DNA of 64,000 bases from Bdellovibrionales bacterium (GCA_031426555.1 JANPLN010000025.1:64001-128000), one strand, 5' to 3'. Positions 38,036 through 48,039 are shown, counted from the stretch's first letter. Made by a program: numbers and translations. The notes: generated from the sequence alone by a model not told the origin.

Positions 38036-40444
38036 ATGGAGACATTAGAAACAACAATGGATACTACAGAGAATTTTACGACAGAAAATTTACAAAACGA
38101 ATCGCAAGAGCCCGTATTAATGCGCGTAAAAAAACGCGACGGCACTTTACAACCTGTGGACGTGACTAAGATCGTTCGCCGCGTGACTCAAAACTCCGAA
38201 GACCTTCGCTTCGTAGACCCCTACCGCGTGGCCATCAAATCTATCAGCGGTCTTTACGACGGTGCCTCCACCAAGGAACTCGATAATCTTTCCATTCAAA
38301 CAGCGGCCATGCTGATCGGCGAAGAGCCACAGTACTCCCGGCTTGCCGCCCGTTTGTTGAGTTTATACATCGACGAAGAGGTGCAAAATTTAGGAATCAC
38401 GTCTTTTTACGAAAGTGTTGCCCACGGCTTTAAAAGCGGTTTGATTTCCGAAAAAACAAAAGTATTTGTCGAGGAAAACCGCGCCGTTTTAGAAGCTGCC
38501 ATCCAGCCGCATAAAAATAATGCCTTCGAATATTTTGGCCTGCGCACGGTCTACGATCGTTATCTTTTAAAAGATCCACAAAAACGCGACGTGCTCGAAA
38601 CTCCCCAGTACTTCTTTATGCGCGTGGCCTGCGGCCTTGCTCATAACGCCGAAGAAGCTGTGGAACTTTACAAACTTGTTTGCACTCTCGATTATTTACC
38701 GAGTACGCCGACACTTTTTAACTCGGCAACGCTTCATCCACAAATGTCGTCGTGCTATCTTTTGGATTCGCCAAAAGATGATCTCAACTCTATCTACGAT
38801 AAATACAAAGACATCGCGCTGCTTTCAAAATTTGCTGGCGGCATCGGCGTGGCCTTCCATCGTGTTCGCGCTCGCGGCTCGTTGATCAAAGGCACAAACG
38901 GTCACTCAAACGGCGTCGTTCCGTGGTTAAAAACCTTGGACTCCTCTGTGGCAGCGGTCAATCAAGGTGGAAAACGCAAAGGCGCCTGCTGCGTGTATCT
39001 CGAAACCTGGCACGCGGATCTCGAGGACTTCCTCGAACTGCGCGATAACACCGGCGACGAAAGCACGCGCACGCACAATTTGAATCTTGCCAACTGGGTG
39101 CCAGATATCTTTATGAAGCGCGTGAAAACCGACGAGATGTGGTCGTTCTTCGATCCAAAAGTTGTTCCCGAGTTTCCAGATCTTTACGGCGCTGAGTTTG
39201 AACGTGCTTACATTCAAGCCGAGAGCGAAGGAAAGTTCTCTCGTCAGGTCAAAGCCCGCGATCTTTACAGCAAGATGATGAAAACCCTTGCCGAAACCGG
39301 CAATGGTTGGATGACGTTTAAAGACGCCTCTAACACCAAGAGCAATCAAACAGCGAAAAAAGAAAACGTGATTCACTTATCCAATCTCTGCACAGAGATC
39401 CTCGAAGTTACGAACAACGCAGAAACTGCCGTTTGTAATTTGGGCTCTATCAATTTAGGTCAACACGTGACTGAAGACGGAGTTGATTACCATAAAATTC
39501 GCCGCACCGTTAAAACGGCGGTGAAGTTTTTGGATCGCGTGATCGATATTAACTTTTATCCAATCAACCAAGCCTTGGACTCCAACAACAAATGGCGTCC
39601 CATCGGAATGGGTGCCATGGGTTTACAGGATGTGTTCTTTAAGCTTGGTCTCGCATTTGATAGCGAAGATGCCCGCGTGATCTCTCGTCGGATTCAGGAA
39701 GAAATTTATTTTGCAGCCATCGACATGTCATGCGAACTTGCCGAAAAGTACGGCCCCCACTCCAACTTTGCCGACACTCGCGCCGCTCAGGGCTTGTTGC
39801 AGTTTGATCTTTGGAAAGTGGAACCCGTAAATCAAGAGCGTTGGATTCAATTAAAGGAACGCATTAAAAAGTTTGGTTTGCGGAATTCTTTAGTGATTGC
39901 CATTGCGCCCACGGCCACCATCGCCAGTATTGCTGGTTGCTACGAGGCCATTGAGCCGCAGGTTTCGAATTTGTTTAAGCGCGAAACCTTGTCTGGCGAA
40001 TTTTTGCAAATTAACAAGTATCTTGTGCGCGACCTTAAAAAAGTGGGTCTGTGGACCGAAGACGTTCGCAACAAGATCAAAGCGGCAGAGGGCTCTATTC
40101 AGGAAATTCCCGAAGTTCCTGAAAACTTAAAGTCCATCTATCGCACGGTTTGGGAACTTCCGATGAAGGGCTTGATAGACATGGCTGCCGAGCGCGGCGC
40201 TTTCATTGATCAAAGTCAGTCGCTCAATTTGTTTTTAGAAAACGCGACCATTGGAAAACTATCGTCGATGTACATGTATGCGTGGGAAAAAGGCGTAAAA
40301 ACGACTTACTACCTCCGCTCCCGTGCAGCGACGCGAATTACCAAAACGACCATTAAAAATACTCAAGCCAAAAAAGATTACTCCACAGAAGAAGTGATTG
40401 CCTGTTCCATCGACAACCCTGAAGCCTGCGAGGCCTGTCAGTAA
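38036..40444 (+). CDS. nrdA: Class Ia ribonucleotide reductase alpha subunit with ATP cone
   Basis: VKKRDG cone, SSCY, SNLCTEI, VCNLGS, APTA, TTYYLR, C-terminal CEAC; GGGAGG RBS. Confidence 0.96.
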   Translation: METLETTMDTTENFTTENLQNESQEPVLMRVKKRDGTLQPVDVTKIVRRVTQNSEDLRFVDPYRVAIKSISGLYDGASTKELDNLSIQTAAMLIGEEPQYSRLAARLLSLYIDEEVQNLGITSFYESVAHGFKSGLISEKTKVFVEENRAVLEAAIQPHKNNAFEYFGLRTVYDRYLLKDPQKRDVLETPQYFFMRVACGLAHNAEEAVELYKLVCTLDYLPSTPTLFNSATLHPQMSSCYLLDSPKDDLNSIYDKYKDIALLSKFAGGIGVAFHRVRARGSLIKGTNGHSNGVVPWLKTLDSSVAAVNQGGKRKGACCVYLETWHADLEDFLELRDNTGDESTRTHNLNLANWVPDIFMKRVKTDEMWSFFDPKVVPEFPDLYGAEFERAYIQAESEGKFSRQVKARDLYSKMMKTLAETGNGWMTFKDASNTKSNQTAKKENVIHLSNLCTEILEVTNNAETAVCNLGSINLGQHVTEDGVDYHKIRRTVKTAVKFLDRVIDINFYPINQALDSNNKWRPIGMGAMGLQDVFFKLGLAFDSEDARVISRRIQEEIYFAAIDMSCELAEKYGPHSNFADTRAAQGLLQFDLWKVEPVNQERWIQLKERIKKFGLRNSLVIAIAPTATIASIAGCYEAIEPQVSNLFKRETLSGEFLQINKYLVRDLKKVGLWTEDVRNKIKAAEGSIQEIPEVPENLKSIYRTVWELPMKGLIDMAAERGAFIDQSQSLNLFLENATIGKLSSMYMYAWEKGVKTTYYLRSRAATRITKTTIKNTQAKKDYSTEEVIACSIDNPEACEACQ

Positions 40445-40485
40445 TTGAACTGCGCGGTGGCGCACAGTTTTTAAAAGGAGAATTT

Positions 40486-41484
40486 ATGATTTTAGATCCC
40501 GGTTTTAATTTAACTCTTAGACCTATGAAATATCCGATCTTTTACGAAATGTACAAGAACGCGATCAAAAATACTTGGACTGTTGAGGAAGTGGATTTCT
40601 CGCGCGACATTAACGATCTTCGATCGAAAATGTCGCCTGCCGAGCGCCACCTCATCAACCGGCTTGTGGCGTTTTTTGCCACGGGGGATTCCATTGTCGG
40701 TAACAACCTTGTGTTGAACCTGTACAAACACATCAACAGCCCTGAGGCGCGATTGTATCTTTCACGCCAGTTGTACGAAGAGGCGTTGCACGTGCAGTTT
40801 TACCTCACCTTGCTCGACACTTACATCCCCGATGTGAACGAACGCGTAAAAGCATTTTCTGCCATCGACAACATTCCGTCGATCCAGAAAAAAGCACAGT
40901 TCTGTTTTAAGTGGATGGGTTCCATCGACAAAATGGATCGTATTGAATCAGTGGAAGATCGCAGAAAGTTCTTAATGAACCTCGCCTGCTTTGCCACGTG
41001 TGTTGAAGGCTTGTTCTTCTTCGGTGCCTTTGCCTACGTTTACTTTTTAAGATCCAAAGGTCTTCTCGACGGCCTGGCCTCGGGAACCAACTGGGTGTTT
41101 CGCGACGAAAGCGCCCATATGAACTTCGCCTTCGAAGTGATCGAAATCGCTCGCCAAGAGGACCCAACCATTTTCACACCACAGATGAACGATATGATCG
41201 TACAAATGATCTCCGAAGCTGTTGAATGTGAAATGGCGTTTGCGGATGATGTGCTGGATTTGGGTATTGCGGGGATGTCGAAAAAAGACATGCGTCAGTA
41301 CTTACAATATATCGCCGATCAGCGCCTCGAAGCTTTGCACATCCCTGCCAAGTTCAATTCGAAAAATCCATTTTCGTTTTTAGAACTCCAAGATGTACAA
41401 GAGCTCACGAACTTCTTCGAACGTAAAGTGGTGGCCTACCAAATGGGTGTCACCGGCGACGTGAACTTCGACGAAAGCTTCTAA
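40486..41484 (+). CDS. nrdB: Class Ia ribonucleotide reductase beta subunit
   Basis: FFATGD, EEALHVQFY (radical Tyr), VEGLFF, RDESAH, NFFE. Confidence 0.96.
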   Translation: MILDPGFNLTLRPMKYPIFYEMYKNAIKNTWTVEEVDFSRDINDLRSKMSPAERHLINRLVAFFATGDSIVGNNLVLNLYKHINSPEARLYLSRQLYEEALHVQFYLTLLDTYIPDVNERVKAFSAIDNIPSIQKKAQFCFKWMGSIDKMDRIESVEDRRKFLMNLACFATCVEGLFFFGAFAYVYFLRSKGLLDGLASGTNWVFRDESAHMNFAFEVIEIARQEDPTIFTPQMNDMIVQMISEAVECEMAFADDVLDLGIAGMSKKDMRQYLQYIADQRLEALHIPAKFNSKNPFSFLELQDVQELTNFFERKVVAYQMGVTGDVNFDESF

Positions 41485-41507
41485 AAGGCAATAGGTAACT
41501 AGAAAAT

Positions 41508-41540
41508 AAAAAAGCCTCGTTTGTAGCGAGGCTTTTTTTT
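41508..41540. terminator. Bidirectional intrinsic terminator
   Basis: A6-GCCTCG..CGAGGC-T8 between convergent genes. Confidence 0.85.
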
Positions 41541-41587
41541 ATTTTAACTTGTCCTAACAACTCTTAGTTGGGAGTTGGGTCGTTCGT

Positions 41588-41953
41588 TTACTTAACGACG
41601 ACTGAATAGCCCTCAGGGAGCAAAAGACGAACCGTTGTGCCAGCTTCAGTTTTATAAACCTTTTCTGATACGATTGTTTCCTGAGTTGTTTTGTTGTTTG
41701 AACAACCCACAACTGTTTGCATGGTTTGAAGTTCTGGCTCGTAAAGCTTTCCGCCTTTATATTTCTTAGAAACCAGCGTTAGCGTCTCTCCCGCTATGCC
41801 CACAGAATTGCATGAGTCTGCCGTGTACTCGAGAGCGATTTGAAACTGAACAACCTCGCCAGTTGATACAGTTACGATTTCCATTTTTTCACCGGCGAAG
41901 GCCGAGGTGATCGCAGTTAATGTGATGGCCGCAAATACGATTAAATTGTTCAT
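41588..41953 (-). CDS. Divergent ecotin-like secreted protein
   Basis: Signal peptide; DSCN..G..G, QTVVGC and LLLPEGYSV parallel ecotin DCN/STMMAC/VYTPDNV. Confidence 0.55.
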   Translation of the reverse strand: MNNLIVFAAITLTAITSAFAGEKMEIVTVSTGEVVQFQIALEYTADSCNSVGIAGETLTLVSKKYKGGKLYEPELQTMQTVVGCSNNKTTQETIVSEKVYKTEAGTTVRLLLPEGYSVVVK

Positions 41954-42048
41954 GAGTTCTCCTAAAGTTAGCCAGGCGTTTGCCGGGGCCGTTGGTTTCT
42001 CCCCATAAAGCACGCCTCATCGGAATGCGTCAATTAACCTTGTAAAGG

Positions 42049-42525
42049 TTACTTACAAGGGGACGTGTCCAGAGGCATCTGATCTCTCACATGACTCTGA
42101 ATATACTCGCGAAGCACATCGGCTTCGGCGCCAGGAACACATATGAGCGTTTTTTTCATATTTCCTGTTCCAACCAAAGTGTAAAGAAGGGCGCTATACC
42201 CATCGCTTGTGTAAATTGTCGCTTCACCAAAAGGTCCGCCGAGGGCTGCATCGATGCCCTCCACTGTCAGCAGTTCGAATTGGGCCACGGTATCGATCTG
42301 CGCGATCAGCAACTGAACTTCAAAGGGCGATAATTTTTCGTCCTCAAGAAAAGTCGTCTGGCCCATAAGAGACTCCTGTCGCATGACAGTTCCATCGGAA
42401 AGCACCACGAAGCCGCTGCGGGTGATTTGATTGCCCATCTCGTACCTCAGCAAAATTCGCGTGGTCTCTGCGCCAGCGGAATCATATGAACAAAATAGCA
42501 TCAAAAATCCTAAAATTGATCTCAT
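42049..42525 (-). CDS. Secreted hypothetical protein
   Basis: ORF with signal-peptide-like N-terminus. Confidence 0.6.
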   Translation of the reverse strand: MRSILGFLMLFCSYDSAGAETTRILLRYEMGNQITRSGFVVLSDGTVMRQESLMGQTTFLEDEKLSPFEVQLLIAQIDTVAQFELLTVEGIDAALGGPFGEATIYTSDGYSALLYTLVGTGNMKKTLICVPGAEADVLREYIQSHVRDQMPLDTSPCK

Positions 42526-42551
42526 CGGAAACACCTTTTGTTGAAATATTT

Positions 42552-42586
42552 AAAAAAAAGGCCTCGGAGTTAACCAAAGGCCTTTT
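42552..42586 (-). terminator. Intrinsic terminator
   Basis: AAAGGCCT...AGGCCTTT stem with an A-run on the plus strand, downstream of 42620..42955. Confidence 0.6.
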
Positions 42587-42619
42587 ATTCAATCTAAAAT
42601 TTTTCGACCGTCTGCAGTC

Positions 42620-42955
42620 TTAATCGCAGAATAGACTGCCCTGAACTGGCAATACCGATGGAGTTTGTTGAGGGCGGATCACAACATCAAAGGAGCAGGC
42701 CTCTACGAAAACTTGAAAAGTTCCGTTACTTTTTGAAATACCCATGATTGGACCTAGGTTATATTTTTTAAGATAAGCTTTTACGTTTTTGCTATTTACA
42801 ATCATTTGGCCTTGGGCTTGAAGTTTGGCTTGAGCTTGAGCATCCGTTTTTCCGGTGTACTCTTCTGGCCACCATAAATTTGGAAGGTCCATACTCCATT
42901 GAGCGCTGGCGGCTGCAGAGAACGCAAGAACGGCTGCGAATACGATTTTTTTCAT
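42620..42955 (-). CDS. Small secreted hypothetical protein
   Basis: MKKIVFAAVLAFSAAASA signal peptide; AGGAG RBS. Confidence 0.75.
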   Translation of the reverse strand: MKKIVFAAVLAFSAAASAQWSMDLPNLWWPEEYTGKTDAQAQAKLQAQGQMIVNSKNVKAYLKKYNLGPIMGISKSNGTFQVFVEACSFDVVIRPQQTPSVLPVQGSLFCD

Positions 42956-43086
42956 AATAACTCCTGTTAGTTTTAATTATTTGTTTGTTTTAAAAAACCC
43001 CTATGGCGCAAAGGAATAGCAATCTTTCCAGGGCAGTGCCAGAAAAATACCGGAAAATTGTATTTCTATAAGTTTTACAGATTCTA

Positions 43087-43111
43087 GGTCCTTCGCTTCG
43101 CTCAGGATGAC
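43087..43111. repeat. Half REP-like element (GTCATCCTGAGCGAAGCGAAGGA type)
   Basis: GGTCCTTCGCTTCGCTCAGGATGAC directly after the folE2 stop. Confidence 0.55.
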
Positions 43112-43114
43112 GGA

Positions 43115-44017
43115 TTAGAGGCCTTTTGTGATCACACCGACGGCGTTGTGTTGGTGGAGGCTTTCGAAATGGTGGGCTTTGATTTTGAAGTTTTTGAGCT
43201 CGTCGTATTGATTCAGCGCTTGTTGCATACGACGAAGGGCATCTTCGACAAACATCAAATTTTCGCCGTTAAGACGAGCAAATTCCTGCTCGTCTTCGCG
43301 CTTCACCGCAGTTTGCACAGGCGTTTTAAGGGCCCCTTCGATGGCGTCGATAAACTTAAGAATATCGATGCTCTCTTGGCCGTCTTTAAAAATTAAATTT
43401 ACATCGGCGCGGCTTCGTTGGCTGTGGGGAGAGGCAATTTGATTTTGCCCTAGCCAATTATAGATCTCGTCGAAGTGAATGGGATTTTTTGAAAACTGTT
43501 TTTTGAAAGCATTTTGCACAAGCTGGCGAGCCAGCGCAGCCGAACATGGACATGTGCTTGAATAGTACGCGCTAAAACCAAACTTCATTTTGAAATCATT
43601 GTTCTTTTGTACAAGAACTAACTGCATGGGATAGGTCTTCCACCCTTTGTTGTCGCTAATGAGGGCTTTGCGCTGTATGGGCTGCTGCCAACGAAGAGTC
43701 ACACGGGCTTGATCGCTGAGACCTTGTTGTGAAGTGATGAGCTCCCGCATGGCTGTTCTCAAAACCGGAAGAGTTAATTTTTGCTTGAGAAGTTTTTCAC
43801 CGACCGCCAAAAACAAGCGCGACATATGAATGCCTTTAGCACTGGGATTTAAAATATTAACGTGCACGCGAGCTTTGGCTACGCACGACTCCCCCATAAA
43901 TTCGAAGGGAAGAGTGATCTCATCCATCCCCACCCAATCGATGGGGCTGTAGATCACTGAGCTAGAGTGAGAGGCAATATCTGGCATCTCGCCTTTATTT
44001 ACTTTTTTCATCAGCAT
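43115..44017 (-). CDS. folE2: GTP cyclohydrolase I type B
   Basis: KGIHMSRL, YSSTCPCS, PHSQRS, VKREDEQ, FVED, ESLH; start uncertain. Confidence 0.93.
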   Translation of the reverse strand: MLMKKVNKGEMPDIASHSSSVIYSPIDWVGMDEITLPFEFMGESCVAKARVHVNILNPSAKGIHMSRLFLAVGEKLLKQKLTLPVLRTAMRELITSQQGLSDQARVTLRWQQPIQRKALISDNKGWKTYPMQLVLVQKNNDFKMKFGFSAYYSSTCPCSAALARQLVQNAFKKQFSKNPIHFDEIYNWLGQNQIASPHSQRSRADVNLIFKDGQESIDILKFIDAIEGALKTPVQTAVKREDEQEFARLNGENLMFVEDALRRMQQALNQYDELKNFKIKAHHFESLHQHNAVGVITKGL

Positions 44018-44147
44018 AAATCTCGCATCCTCACTCACATATTGTGTCTTTATTGCAATTTGTCGAGGTGAAGTCAAATTTCGCACGTTTTACGAGTCAG
44101 ATCGTACAATAGTTTACGGCAATGTAAACAAAAATTGAACAAGACAT

Positions 44148-44216
44148 AAAAAAAGGGAGCTTTTTAAGCTCCCTTCAAGCAACTAACTCTAATTTAAGGA
44201 GAACATATCTAATGGC
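44148..44216 (-). ncRNA. Candidate ~65-nt small RNA (or folE2 leader) with anti-Shine-Dalgarno tract
   Basis: Minus-strand TTGAGA-N16-CATACT promoter (44250-44223), UUCUCCUU tract, GGGAGC hairpin plus U7 terminator. Confidence 0.45.
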
Positions 44217-44287
44217 AAAATCAGTATGCCACGATCATGCCTCATCTCAAAGTTTATCACTTAGCATTAGGACCTTATTTCTAAACA

Positions 44288-44307
44288 GGGTTTTCAATTG
44301 AAAACCC
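44288..44307. promoter_or_regulatory. Perfect 20-bp palindrome, possible operator
   Basis: GGGTTTTCAATTGAAAACCC about 60 nt upstream of the OmpA gene. Confidence 0.45.
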
Positions 44308-44366
44308 GTTGAATTTTTACAACCTTTGTCTAGACTAACAGTAAGCACCAACCAGGACGGAGCCCC

Positions 44367-45911
44367 ATGAAGAAACTAATTCTATTTATTTGCAGTTTTC
44401 CGGTTTTTGCCTACGCAAACGTCGTTGGTGTGGATACGCAAAACTTCAACCCCACCACAAGTGGCTTAGACTTCGTGACTGTGCATTCCTCAAAGACTTT
44501 GTCGCCAGGCGTAATAAATTTTGGCTTCTTCTTAAACTACGCTGTAAACACTCTGCCTAATTATGAGGACACAAGCACCGCCAGTCGATTTGAGCCCAAA
44601 GACTCCCTGCTCTCCATGGATCTCAACATGGGTTTTGGAATTTTAAACAACTGGGACGTGGGGATCAGTCTTCCCCAAGTGCTCTCGCAAACAGTGGACG
44701 AAAACTCCACCGCCTTTCGCGGCCAGTTTGAGCAAACGGGGATCAACGAAGTTCGCCTCAACACCAAGTATCGCATCTGGGATGCGATGTCGCAGGGAAT
44801 TGCGGTGATCGGCTCGGTAAACTTTTTTCTGATCGAAAACTTTCCATTCACTGGCGACCAACCCGGCCCCACCTACAACCTCGAAGTGGCTTACGACAAC
44901 ACCATCAATCAATTCACTTGGGGCATAAACCTTGGGTACCGCGCCCGCGATCCAGGAACTCCCATTACCATCGGAACAACGACGATTCAGCCCTTTGGCA
45001 ATCAGTACCTGGCATCGGTGGCAGGAAGTTACTACTTTACAGATTGGGATTTTAAATTGATCGGCGAAATCTATGGCGCCATCCCCGCAGAGGAGATCGC
45101 CTTTACGTCGGATCGCGATCAATCCGTGGCCGAAGTGCTTTTGGGCGCCAAGTGGGACATGATGTACGATATCGCCGCGCACTTTGGCATTGGCTCCGAA
45201 ATCGTGCACGGCACGGCTTCGCCCGACTGGCGCGCCTATGCCGGTATCAATTGGACTTTTGGACCAATCTTTTCGTCGGGCGAAGATGCGCAAGCCTCTG
45301 ACTATATAGTGGACGAACTCAATGAAGAGATGGCCAATGTAGGAGAAGCAGCTCCGGCGCCCGAAGCCCCCGTCGCCGCTCCCGATTACACCTATATCGA
45401 CGAGCCAGACGCCTTCATGGCCGCTGCTCCAAAAACTGACGAGCGGTTTCTCGCCAAAAATATTTTGTTTGAGTTTAACGGCACCTCTGTGCGCGAAGAC
45501 TTTAAGCCCTACTTGAAAAAATTGGCCGATTATTTATTAAAGGGCAACGGCTTTAAGAAGCTAGTTGTCATTGGTCACACCGACTCCGTGGCAAGCGACA
45601 GTTATAATTTGAATTTAAGCATCAAACGCTCACGCTCGGTGGCCGAAGTGATCAAGGGCTATTTACCGCCTGAACATCGCGAAAAAGTTCGCGCCGAGGG
45701 CGAAGGCGAACGGAGCCCCATTGCCAGTAATCGCAATTATCAGGGCCGCGCTTTAAACAGACGCGTGGAATTTTTTGTAAAACGTGAGGGCGCCGCCGAA
45801 ATGGAATCTGCAGGAGTGCTCAACTCAGCAACTCAGCTTGGAGCAAACCCAGGCAAAGCCGCAGCACCCACGTATCCAAAACCGAAACCAGCTCGGAAGC
45901 GCAAAAAATAA
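44367..45911 (+). CDS. OmpA-family protein with N-terminal beta-barrel
   Basis: ILFEFN, IGHTDS, YNLNLSIKRS, NRRVEF; barrel-like N-terminal half. Confidence 0.9.
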   Translation: MKKLILFICSFPVFAYANVVGVDTQNFNPTTSGLDFVTVHSSKTLSPGVINFGFFLNYAVNTLPNYEDTSTASRFEPKDSLLSMDLNMGFGILNNWDVGISLPQVLSQTVDENSTAFRGQFEQTGINEVRLNTKYRIWDAMSQGIAVIGSVNFFLIENFPFTGDQPGPTYNLEVAYDNTINQFTWGINLGYRARDPGTPITIGTTTIQPFGNQYLASVAGSYYFTDWDFKLIGEIYGAIPAEEIAFTSDRDQSVAEVLLGAKWDMMYDIAAHFGIGSEIVHGTASPDWRAYAGINWTFGPIFSSGEDAQASDYIVDELNEEMANVGEAAPAPEAPVAAPDYTYIDEPDAFMAAAPKTDERFLAKNILFEFNGTSVREDFKPYLKKLADYLLKGNGFKKLVVIGHTDSVASDSYNLNLSIKRSRSVAEVIKGYLPPEHREKVRAEGEGERSPIASNRNYQGRALNRRVEFFVKREGAAEMESAGVLNSATQLGANPGKAAAPTYPKPKPARKRKK

Positions 45912-46369
45912 TGTCGAAGGAGCTTCACGCCGCGCCACCGCGGTGGCCGTGGGTTTTGTTTGGTTTATTTTTTTTGCTGTTCGGTGGGTCTTTACTTTAT
46001 AGCGCTCACTACCGTGACGGCCAGCCATCGGCCGCGCAGCTAAACCCCAGCGAGCTCGATAAAATTATAAAATCACCTGATCTACAATTAGCAAACGTCC
46101 TCTACCAATCTCGCTGCGCTGTTTGTCACGGCGAACTTTTGCAAGGAAGATCGGGGCCGAACTTGACCGATGCCTACTGGATTTATGGCAAAGGAACCGC
46201 CACTGAAATCATTCATATTTTGCGAGTGGGCGTGATCACCAAGGGAATGCCCGCCTGGGAAAATGTCCTGCAAGAAACTGAAATGGCGCAACTCACCGCC
46301 TTGATTCTTACCAAGCAGGATTCAAACCCACCAGGCGCCAAGGCGCCTCAGGGTGTAAAAACGCGGTGA
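45911..46369 (+). CDS. Membrane-anchored cytochrome c (CcoP-like)
   Basis: TM helix, CAVCHG, GPNLTD.YWIYG, KGMPAW. Confidence 0.85.
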   Translation: MSKELHAAPPRWPWVLFGLFFLLFGGSLLYSAHYRDGQPSAAQLNPSELDKIIKSPDLQLANVLYQSRCAVCHGELLQGRSGPNLTDAYWIYGKGTATEIIHILRVGVITKGMPAWENVLQETEMAQLTALILTKQDSNPPGAKAPQGVKTR

Positions 46370-46376
46370 TTGTAAG

Positions 46377-47978
46377 TTAGTCTTCGCACATAGGAATGGA
46401 AACCTCGTTAGCTCCGGCTGTATTCCCATCGATAAAATCTTCATTAAAATAAAGCGACGAGTCCGTGGAGTTGGGATCCAAAAGCTGATCCAGCTTTCGC
46501 CCCTCATTAAAAAACTTAGTACAATAAAACGAGTACTTTGCATATAAACAATCACCCATCTCATCATAAATTTTTTCGTTTAACTGCAAAAGTTCATCTC
46601 TCTTACCTGCGTCGAGTCGTTGAAGACGCGCTTTAAAAATATTGCTTCGTTGATCAAAACGCGCGCTAAAACTCAATCGCGCCGGCTTTAATGGGGCGAC
46701 TAACAATGTCGACGGAAGCATTTTGTAATCGATGTAGTTGGAATAGAAACCGGGCATGTAAAAAACAAATGGTCCACGTGTACGCATCGCTACCGAAATA
46801 CAGCGCGGGGTTTTTGGAAAACGATTTCGCAGTTCATGCTGCACGACTGTTTCGGTAACGGGCAAACTCATCACCTCAGCAATTTCATCAAAAGCTTCAG
46901 ATTGGAAAATCGAATTCATAAAATGAGTATTGAAGTCTTCCCATTGAACTTGGGTGGCCTCGGCAAGTAAACTTTCATACTTTTCTTGCTCCGGGGCCTG
47001 CACCTGTTTCGCGTAGATCATTGTAAACCAATCTCCGATTGCAGACTGCCGCTCGTTTTTATCGTCGAATACACAGGCCGGGCTAGGCTGCTCATTGAGA
47101 TTTGCAATACAGTGCGCGTTTGTTCCGCCGGCGTACTTGTTGTCGATGGATTGGCTCTGTCCCATGAACCCCCATATGTTGGAGCTTTTTTCAACGGCCA
47201 TGCTGATAGCTCCCATTAAACGCTGATCGGCGCTTAAAATACCAGTGCCCGAATTACCGTGAATCACTTCGGTATCACACACCAGAGACACCAAAGGATT
47301 CTGTGCGTGCACATAATACGTCGAGTACAAGCTATTCATTTTGGAGGTGCAAGAAATTTTTCGGATTTTTCCCGTGATGGAAAATGTTGTTGAGTTGCCA
47401 TTGCTTTGAATAACCGATCGAGAAAAATAAACAGGAAATGCGCTGATCACTGTGTCTTTGGGAATTCCCTCTGTTTTTATACTCACTGGCGCACGGGTGG
47501 AGTTAGAAACCAGCTCGAGAACAGCCCAGTCGGGATGCAAGGACGCTGTAGCTGTATAGGCAGCACTCAAATCTAAAACCGACTTGCACTTTATTTTTTC
47601 TGCGGGTTTGTTGAGAGTCGGCGGAAAAAATACTGTGATGTTGCTACACGCAGCTCCTTTGCTTAAGGCATTGTCGGGCAAACAGTGCCTGTTGGTTAAA
47701 ACTTTGTTGGGGGCAATCAGTGTTTGGGAACACGTTCCCCCCTCATAACTTGTCGAGTAATAGGACTTTTTGGTTTCTATAAAAAATAATCCGCCTGAAG
47801 CCTCTGGGCAGCCACCGGGAGTTTCGCAGTTGACTGAGAGGCTACTTAAAACCTGCTGCGCTTGTTGTTCGTTAGCAAAATCAAAGCGGTAAACATGTTT
47901 TGGCTTTTCCGCCTCCAGACATTGGGTCAGCAGGGGAAGGGCTAAGCAGAAAAACAAAAAGCGTGTGCGTAAAAACAT
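46377..47978 (-). CDS. Trypsin-like (S1) serine protease, probable lipoprotein
   Basis: LTNRHC, DWAVL, HGNSG triad motifs; LTQC lipobox. Confidence 0.8.
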   Translation of the reverse strand: MFLRTRFLFFCLALPLLTQCLEAEKPKHVYRFDFANEQQAQQVLSSLSVNCETPGGCPEASGGLFFIETKKSYYSTSYEGGTCSQTLIAPNKVLTNRHCLPDNALSKGAACSNITVFFPPTLNKPAEKIKCKSVLDLSAAYTATASLHPDWAVLELVSNSTRAPVSIKTEGIPKDTVISAFPVYFSRSVIQSNGNSTTFSITGKIRKISCTSKMNSLYSTYYVHAQNPLVSLVCDTEVIHGNSGTGILSADQRLMGAISMAVEKSSNIWGFMGQSQSIDNKYAGGTNAHCIANLNEQPSPACVFDDKNERQSAIGDWFTMIYAKQVQAPEQEKYESLLAEATQVQWEDFNTHFMNSIFQSEAFDEIAEVMSLPVTETVVQHELRNRFPKTPRCISVAMRTRGPFVFYMPGFYSNYIDYKMLPSTLLVAPLKPARLSFSARFDQRSNIFKARLQRLDAGKRDELLQLNEKIYDEMGDCLYAKYSFYCTKFFNEGRKLDQLLDPNSTDSSLYFNEDFIDGNTAGANEVSIPMCED

Positions 47979-47987
47979 AGAAACCTC

Positions 47988-48016
47988 AAAAAAAAAGCCC
48001 TCATTCTGGAGGGCTT
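47988..48016 (-). terminator. Intrinsic terminator
   Basis: Minus strand AAGCCCTC-loop-GAGGGC followed by a T9 run. Confidence 0.75.
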
Positions 48017-48039
48017 GGTTAAACATTCAATATTTTGAT

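Noticed and set aside
40486..41484. Unusual (class Ic or metal-free) RNR beta subunit
   Set aside because: The Asp ligand, radical Tyr and other iron ligands are all present; ordinary class Ia.
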